Source: Marispirochaeta sp.
Lineage (GTDB): Bacteria; Spirochaetota; Spirochaetia; JC444; Marispirochaetaceae
Length of the DNA: 64,000 nt
NCBI GenBank assembly: GCA_963676835.2
Contig: CAXXFF010000002.1
Location: forward strand, 736,001-800,000
Direction of reading: 5' to 3'
The notes below the pieces were generated by a model that had not been told where the DNA came from, did no database searches, and was given only the letters and a program-made list of their open reading frames with translations. Below are positions 59,046 to 64,000 of this stretch, piece by piece. Both the position numbers and the translations under genes were made by a program. Positions within the stretch are counted from its first letter, which is position 1, and each line of letters opens with the position of its first letter.

Positions 59046-60587
59046 TCAGCGCCTGAGGTAGGAGAGCTCCGTGGGAAGCATGATGTTGTTGCCGTAGTTG
59101 TCTTCACCGTAGCCGTTTTCAGCCAGAAGCTTGATATCCGCCAGTACCCGGGTGTCTCCCCGGAAGTCCACGGTTATGCCGGTGCGGATATCGATCCTGC
59201 CCATGGCCAGAGAGTGGGCAATACCCCGGGTGGCAAACTCCGCCAGGGTTTCTCCCTCAATATAGCTGATATCGTCAAAGGTAAAATCCGGCTCATACAG
59301 TACTATCTGGTGGTTCTCCAGCAGTTTGAGCATAAGCCGTCTCAGGGCCTTCTTCATTACCCCTTCATCTTGGGGAATGCTGCCCATGGTTTCCGCCAGT
59401 TCGCAGACAATCACCGCCAGGGTCTTGCGCTTGGTGGCGTTGATAAACTCGTTTACCCTGAAAAGTTCCAGCGGACTTGCGGCATTGAAGCGCTGTCCGC
59501 TCAGTTCCAGGGAAACATCACTGCCGTAATGGGTAACAATCTTCGCCACCAGGGTGGAAGGCCGTACATGGAATCCCCGGTACTGGGGTACCGCAACGGT
59601 TATGATACCTTCTTCCGCATAGGCGTGAATAATATTTCTGCAGTGTTCCCGGGCGGCGTCAAAGAATCGGGAGGAGAAGGCAAGGATATAATCGATAAGA
59701 ATCTCCAGCAGGTTCTCTTCATCGATAACCTCTGCTTTCTGGTCCTTCATATGCCGTTCGTAGTAGTGGCTCAGGATGGTTCCTGTTTCCAGCAGATGAA
59801 ATATGGTGCTGGCATGTCCTCTCAGAACGGGAAGTGCAGCATCTGCCTTTTCAGCATCCGTATCCAGCAGATAGGTGTCGTAGGTAGACTGCACGCTGTG
59901 CAGGGCGTGCTCCATGTTGCGGATTCTGGCTTCACTCACCGGCTCAGGGATATAATCCAGATAACTGGTGCCCGACTTGCGTCCACGGATGGAAAAAAGC
60001 TCGGTATCTTCGGACAGGTTCAGGAAGGTTGTCGCAAGATTAACTATGGTGGGACCCGGGCTCTCCATATGTTTAAGGGGCCGGTCCTGGTCCAGAGATC
60101 CCTCCGGAAGGGATTCGAGAAAATCCTGACTAACCTGTCCTGCATACATCCCGTGTCTCTCGGCTTCTTCCAGCAGTATATGCATGGAGTTCTTCAGGGC
60201 CCGGGTGCAGAGTTCCTGAACCCGTTCGGTTGCCTCAAGAAAATCTTCCTTTACTGAAATAATCTTGTAGCAGGGAAATGATGCATGAATATGGTAGACA
60301 TTATGTACAATCTGGGAAAAGGCTTTTACCGCGGCAATAGAGCGCCGGAAGCCGAACCATGACTGGTTGTGACGGGCGCCGTATACATCGAGGAGTTCTT
60401 CGACTATCCGGCTTTCGAGGTTCAGTCTTCCCAGGAAAGGCCGGGTATATTTAATGCCCTGATTCCTTAGCTCTGTCTCTTTCAGAAGAGTTATGAGGGT
60501 TTGTGCTCTGCCGGAAATGAGTGAAAAAAATGCGTCTGTGCCGACCGTGGAGTCCCTGCGGACTAACTTCATGGAACAAAGCTCCAT
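59046..60587 (-). CDS. Large protein with C-terminal HPr-like phosphocarrier domain
   Basis: GFHVRPSTLVAKIV (HPr His15 signature), DVSLEL...NAASPLEL; about 330 aa N-terminus of unknown function. Confidence 0.75.
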   Translation of the reverse strand: MELCSMKLVRRDSTVGTDAFFSLISGRAQTLITLLKETELRNQGIKYTRPFLGRLNLESRIVEELLDVYGARHNQSWFGFRRSIAAVKAFSQIVHNVYHIHASFPCYKIISVKEDFLEATERVQELCTRALKNSMHILLEEAERHGMYAGQVSQDFLESLPEGSLDQDRPLKHMESPGPTIVNLATTFLNLSEDTELFSIRGRKSGTSYLDYIPEPVSEARIRNMEHALHSVQSTYDTYLLDTDAEKADAALPVLRGHASTIFHLLETGTILSHYYERHMKDQKAEVIDEENLLEILIDYILAFSSRFFDAAREHCRNIIHAYAEEGIITVAVPQYRGFHVRPSTLVAKIVTHYGSDVSLELSGQRFNAASPLELFRVNEFINATKRKTLAVIVCELAETMGSIPQDEGVMKKALRRLMLKLLENHQIVLYEPDFTFDDISYIEGETLAEFATRGIAHSLAMGRIDIRTGITVDFRGDTRVLADIKLLAENGYGEDNYGNNIMLPTELSYLRR

Positions 60588-60821
60588 TTCAGAACCCTTT
60601 TCATCAATACCTGATCTCCCGGTTCTCTTGAGTATTCAGAGAACCTTCAGGTTTAATATATTGAATATATAACTCTTTATATCCGCATACAATAGTGCAG
60701 CAGAAATAATTAACGACTAAACAGATCATTTTTTTGCTGCCGGCCACAGGCTACCATTGAGTGGACGATTATTCAAGCACAGGGGCCTTGACTGGAGGCT
60801 CTGCAGAGTTTTTAATAAACT

Positions 60822-61742
60822 GTGCAAATTAAAAAGAGTCTCATCCGAACATGTGTAAAATCCCTTGTCGAGTCCATGGATCTGCGTTCCATGGTCCATA
60901 TTGCCAAGGATCTTATCCCCGGTTACGACCTCCATCAGCGGGCAGGTATCCGGGAAAGTATTGCCATTCCTGTTCTGGATGCCGCCAGCCGTATTCTTGA
61001 TGACATTATCGAAGCAGATCTTTTTCTGGAGTTTGTCACCTACCTTATTCGTTACGAAGAGGAAGGTGTTATGGGGCGTACTATAACAGTCTCCTATCTC
61101 AGGGAGATTATCAGGGAGATCTATTCCCAGGGCTATCTTTTCGATAAGGAACAGCGGCTCTTTATTGAGGATTCCCGGTTCAGAAAAAGCCGCAACTGGG
61201 GAGTAATGAAGCCCACAGTGGATTATACCGTCTGCTTTCTGCGGGTGGATATCGTCGGCAATACCCGGCTGGTAAAGGATAACTCAAAGGAAGAGGTTAA
61301 ATCCGCCTACGGTTTTCTGCGGTCCACCGTGCAGAATTGCACAGAACGGAGAAACGGCCGGATCTGGCTCTGGGAAGGAGATGGAGGTATTGCCGCCTTT
61401 TTTTTCGGAAACAGAAACCAGGCCGCAGCGCTTACGGGAATCGAGATTCTCCATGAGCTCTTTCTCTACAATAAAATGCATTGCCCCCTGTCGTCGGATC
61501 TCAGGGTGCGTATAGGGGTGCATTCCGGTCCCTGTGAGTATACCGAGGAAAACGCGACTCTTGTAAAATCGGAAACGGTTCTGAAGCTTCTGGAAGTGGA
61601 AAAAAACTATTCAAAACCAAACCACTGCACCATAAGCGTTACGGTCCGGGAGATGCTTGATCATCTTGTGAGCTCCCAGTTCAAGCCCATGGCAGGATGC
61701 GATAAATCCTGTTTCAGTTATTCCCTGGAGTTCGGTGAATGA
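60822..61742 (+). CDS. Class III adenylate/guanylate cyclase domain protein
   Basis: CFLRVDIVGNTRL, WEGDGGIAAF, LRVRIGVHSG. Confidence 0.78.
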   Translation: MQIKKSLIRTCVKSLVESMDLRSMVHIAKDLIPGYDLHQRAGIRESIAIPVLDAASRILDDIIEADLFLEFVTYLIRYEEEGVMGRTITVSYLREIIREIYSQGYLFDKEQRLFIEDSRFRKSRNWGVMKPTVDYTVCFLRVDIVGNTRLVKDNSKEEVKSAYGFLRSTVQNCTERRNGRIWLWEGDGGIAAFFFGNRNQAAALTGIEILHELFLYNKMHCPLSSDLRVRIGVHSGPCEYTEENATLVKSETVLKLLEVEKNYSKPNHCTISVTVREMLDHLVSSQFKPMAGCDKSCFSYSLEFGE

Positions 61743-62692
61743 AGCGTATAATAATAGTCTCAGACACACCGGAGAAACTTGTCTGTTTCAGCACTGCCAA
61801 ACGGTCAAAGTCTGTTGAGATAGATTTCAGTGATTCCTGCGACTGGAGCAGTCTGCTTGAGCGGCGGGGAATTATGCTCTATCTGGACCTCTCATCCTTC
61901 AGCAAAAGGGAAGCCCGGCGGGTGGTGAATATCCTGGAAGGGCAGGAAGGATTAAGTTACGGTATTATTGATCCGGAAGGATTTATCCCCGATCCCGCCG
62001 ATCTTTTTCATGGCGGAGCTTCAGACTATATCGGCCCTGCTCTGTTCGGTGGAAAACTGACTCTGAATCGTGTTCTTCAGGGTATGGATTTCTATCCAGG
62101 CGGAGAGGATGACGATGCCCCTGAGGTTTACGATGATGCATTAAGCTGGGATGATATTGAGGAAGGCGGGGAGTATCCGTTCTTCTTTCTCTATGCCGAG
62201 CTGGATATTCTTCCCGAATGGAAGGCAGAGTCAGCCAGCAGTATGATCTCAGGTCTGCTGCACACCTTTGAATCCCATCTGAACAGGGTTTTCGCACCCC
62301 TTGGGGGAAGACTGTGGATGAAGAGTGATTACGGCGGGCTCTATCTCTTTCCCTATTCCTCAGGGCAAAGCGGGATTATTTCCGCCTGCCTGCAGCTTAT
62401 CCTCAACAAGGTGCTTACTAGTACGGAAATATTCTCCTACGGGACCCTGCTTCCCTATCATTTTGCCCTTGATAAGGGGCACACGGTGTACCGCAAAAAA
62501 GGGGAGACCGGAACCCTGATTTCCGATGCGGTAAATTTTATCTTTCATCTGGGACAGCAATATACAACTGAAGGTAACTTCATTCTCAGCAGCAGAATGG
62601 CGGAGCATATTCCCCGGGGACTGGAGGACTGTTTTACCGAAAACGGTGAGTTTGCAGACCAGCCGCTCTTGCGGATGAAACTGCCGAAGTAG
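61739..62692 (+). CDS. Hypothetical protein with degenerate cyclase-like C-terminal domain
   Basis: FLYAELD, YHFALDKG, GTLISDAVNFIFHL resemble the class III cyclase fold; 4 bp overlap with the upstream cyclase gene. Confidence 0.55.
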   Translation: MKRIIIVSDTPEKLVCFSTAKRSKSVEIDFSDSCDWSSLLERRGIMLYLDLSSFSKREARRVVNILEGQEGLSYGIIDPEGFIPDPADLFHGGASDYIGPALFGGKLTLNRVLQGMDFYPGGEDDDAPEVYDDALSWDDIEEGGEYPFFFLYAELDILPEWKAESASSMISGLLHTFESHLNRVFAPLGGRLWMKSDYGGLYLFPYSSGQSGIISACLQLILNKVLTSTEIFSYGTLLPYHFALDKGHTVYRKKGETGTLISDAVNFIFHLGQQYTTEGNFILSSRMAEHIPRGLEDCFTENGEFADQPLLRMKLPK

Positions 62693-62721
62693 TTGACATG
62701 AGATCTGTGTATCGGTATGCT
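62693..62721 (+). promoter_or_regulatory. Sigma70-type promoter for the tRNA
   Basis: TTGACA (62693-62698), 17 bp spacer, TATGCT (62716-62721). Confidence 0.75.
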
Positions 62722-62733
62722 GACGGAACCTTT

Positions 62734-62807
62734 GGGGGTGTAGCTCAGTTGGCTAGAGCGCGTGAATGGCATTCACGAGGTCATGGGTTCGATTCCCACC
62801 ACCTCCA
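62734..62807 (+). tRNA. tRNA-Ala(GGC)
   Basis: Acceptor stem GGGGGTG/CACCTCC with G3:U70; D-arm AGCTCAGTTGGCTAGAGC; anticodon arm CGTGA-ATGGCAT-TCACG; T-loop TTCGATT. No encoded CCA (followed by CTA). Confidence 0.95.
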
Positions 62808-62821
62808 CTACAGAAAACGCT

Positions 62822-64000
62822 ATGGGCGACTTTAACGATTCTAAAAGTGATCTTTTCTCCGGCGAAATCGATCCCGATATCGCTGAACTCATGGGTATTG
62901 ACGATGAGCCGACCTCCTCAACTCCGGGCTTTGATGACCTCTTTAACGAAGGGGGAAGTACCAAAGCGGAACCGGCCAGTCCTGAAGTAAGCGATATAAG
63001 CCGGGACCATTTTCATCCCATTACCCGCTTTGAGCAGGATCCCCAGCCCTATTTCAACGATAAAAATTACTATAAGACTGCCCTCGGCGGAGAAGGGGAA
63101 TCTTCCCAGCGGGTGCATACCCTGCTCTCCAAATTCCTGAATACCCAGGACCCCAAAGAGCGTTCAGTATTCCGGGGCAAACTATTGTCTGCGTACTGGA
63201 ATCTTTCTGAAAGCATTGCCCGGAAAATCTGTTCCGGACTGCCGCTGCCGAAACAGCTGCTTCTGCGTTACGGGATACTTTTACCCACCCTTTTAAGTAA
63301 GGAACAGCGGGCCATGTTTCAGCGGATTGTCTTTAAAAATGAAACCGGTGAACCTGTCCATTACGTGGATGAATGGCTGAATATGGTCGGCCGTGGACAT
63401 GTGGGTAATTCCGCAACGGACGAAACCAAGGTTGTCAGACAGAAGCAGGACCGTAAGGTAAATACCCGACTGGAAAGAGTGAAGGGTCAGCGGGATTTTC
63501 AGATGGGGGTGCTTAACCGCAAGCTGGCGGAACAGGGCAGTATGGAGCGGCAGCTGAAAAACCATGTCCAGTCAATTATGGTTCATAGCAAGCGCCCTGA
63601 TCTCTCCGGATTAAGTGATACCTACACCCACGAGCAGCGGCAGACTCTTACCGCTATTGCCAACATGGTTCGGGACCTGCAGAAGCTTGATACGGAAATC
63701 TCCAAAACCTTTGAACATTTTGAAGATAACGAGAAAGAGTATAAGAAACTCATGGAGAGTGCCGGCGGAGCTGAAGTTACAACAGTAGATAATGAAGCGC
63801 TGAACACCGAGCACTCCACCATCCGCCAGATGGCCAAGCTCTGTGTCGGACGTCAGGGAAACCATTTCCCCATGGCCATGAAGCAGTACTTTCGTGACAG
63901 CATTCGTGATATCGCCACCAGGGAGAATATTATCCTGCAGATGGCAGCGGTGGAGCACCTGGATCCGGGACTCTTCCAGCGTACCTTCAAGCAGCAGACC
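62822..64000 (+). CDS. Hypothetical protein (runs off the window)
   Basis: Frame from ATG 62822 (MGDFNDSKSDLFSGEIDPDIAELMG...YFNDKNYYKTALGGEG...VHYVDEWL...) appears open to the window end; absent from the ORF track because it has no stop in the window. Confidence 0.75.
   Translation, partial: MGDFNDSKSDLFSGEIDPDIAELMGIDDEPTSSTPGFDDLFNEGGSTKAEPASPEVSDISRDHFHPITRFEQDPQPYFNDKNYYKTALGGEGESSQRVHTLLSKFLNTQDPKERSVFRGKLLSAYWNLSESIARKICSGLPLPKQLLLRYGILLPTLLSKEQRAMFQRIVFKNETGEPVHYVDEWLNMVGRGHVGNSATDETKVVRQKQDRKVNTRLERVKGQRDFQMGVLNRKLAEQGSMERQLKNHVQSIMVHSKRPDLSGLSDTYTHEQRQTLTAIANMVRDLQKLDTEISKTFEHFEDNEKEYKKLMESAGGAEVTTVDNEALNTEHSTIRQMAKLCVGRQGNHFPMAMKQYFRDSIRDIATRENIILQMAAVEHLDPGLFQRTFKQQT

Noticed and set aside
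59025..60257. Long + strand ORF (410 aa) and similar antisense ORFs (e.g. 4639-5598, 5860-6738, 49652-50509, 56998-57894)
   Set aside because: They are shadows of well-supported genes on the opposite strand and have no recognisable motifs.
62734..62830. tRNA as an integration site of a genomic island or prophage
   Set aside because: No integrase, no duplicated tRNA 3' end seen in the window, and no compositional shift.

Overview
A gene-dense 64 kb chromosomal segment of a bacterium, probably a free-living anaerobic spirochaete. This is inferred from gene content (FlgD/OmpA repeat protein, PilZ protein, large HPr-domain protein, His6-type HisA), not shown directly. Contents: an alpha-glucoside utilisation locus (GH13, LacI, ABC transporter), housekeeping genes (nfo, ftsH, ABC-F, pdp-deoB, pyrC, hisA/hisE, leuB, nfnAB, trxA, tkt, addAB-like), many signalling genes and one tRNA-Ala(GGC). 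I saw no CRISPR array, rRNA or prophage. The most unusual signal is a non-palindromic G-rich motif, RGGGACGGAGGW. By eye I count 15 exact copies of its 10-mer core between 36.3 and 57.2 kb and none elsewhere in the window. The cluster is centred on a stand-alone Y1/HUH (RAYT-like) tyrosine transposase gene at 45.2-45.7 kb. Copies lie in intergenic DNA and inside housekeeping genes in several reading frames, and the predominant orientation flips at about 46.4-46.8 kb. Other notable items: a candidate split class III nucleotide cyclase pair, a structured ~170 nt intergenic element, an HPr domain embedded in a 513 aa protein, a cNMP-binding anti-sigma-type kinase, and several apparently leaderless genes. 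All counts and motif calls were made by eye without tools.
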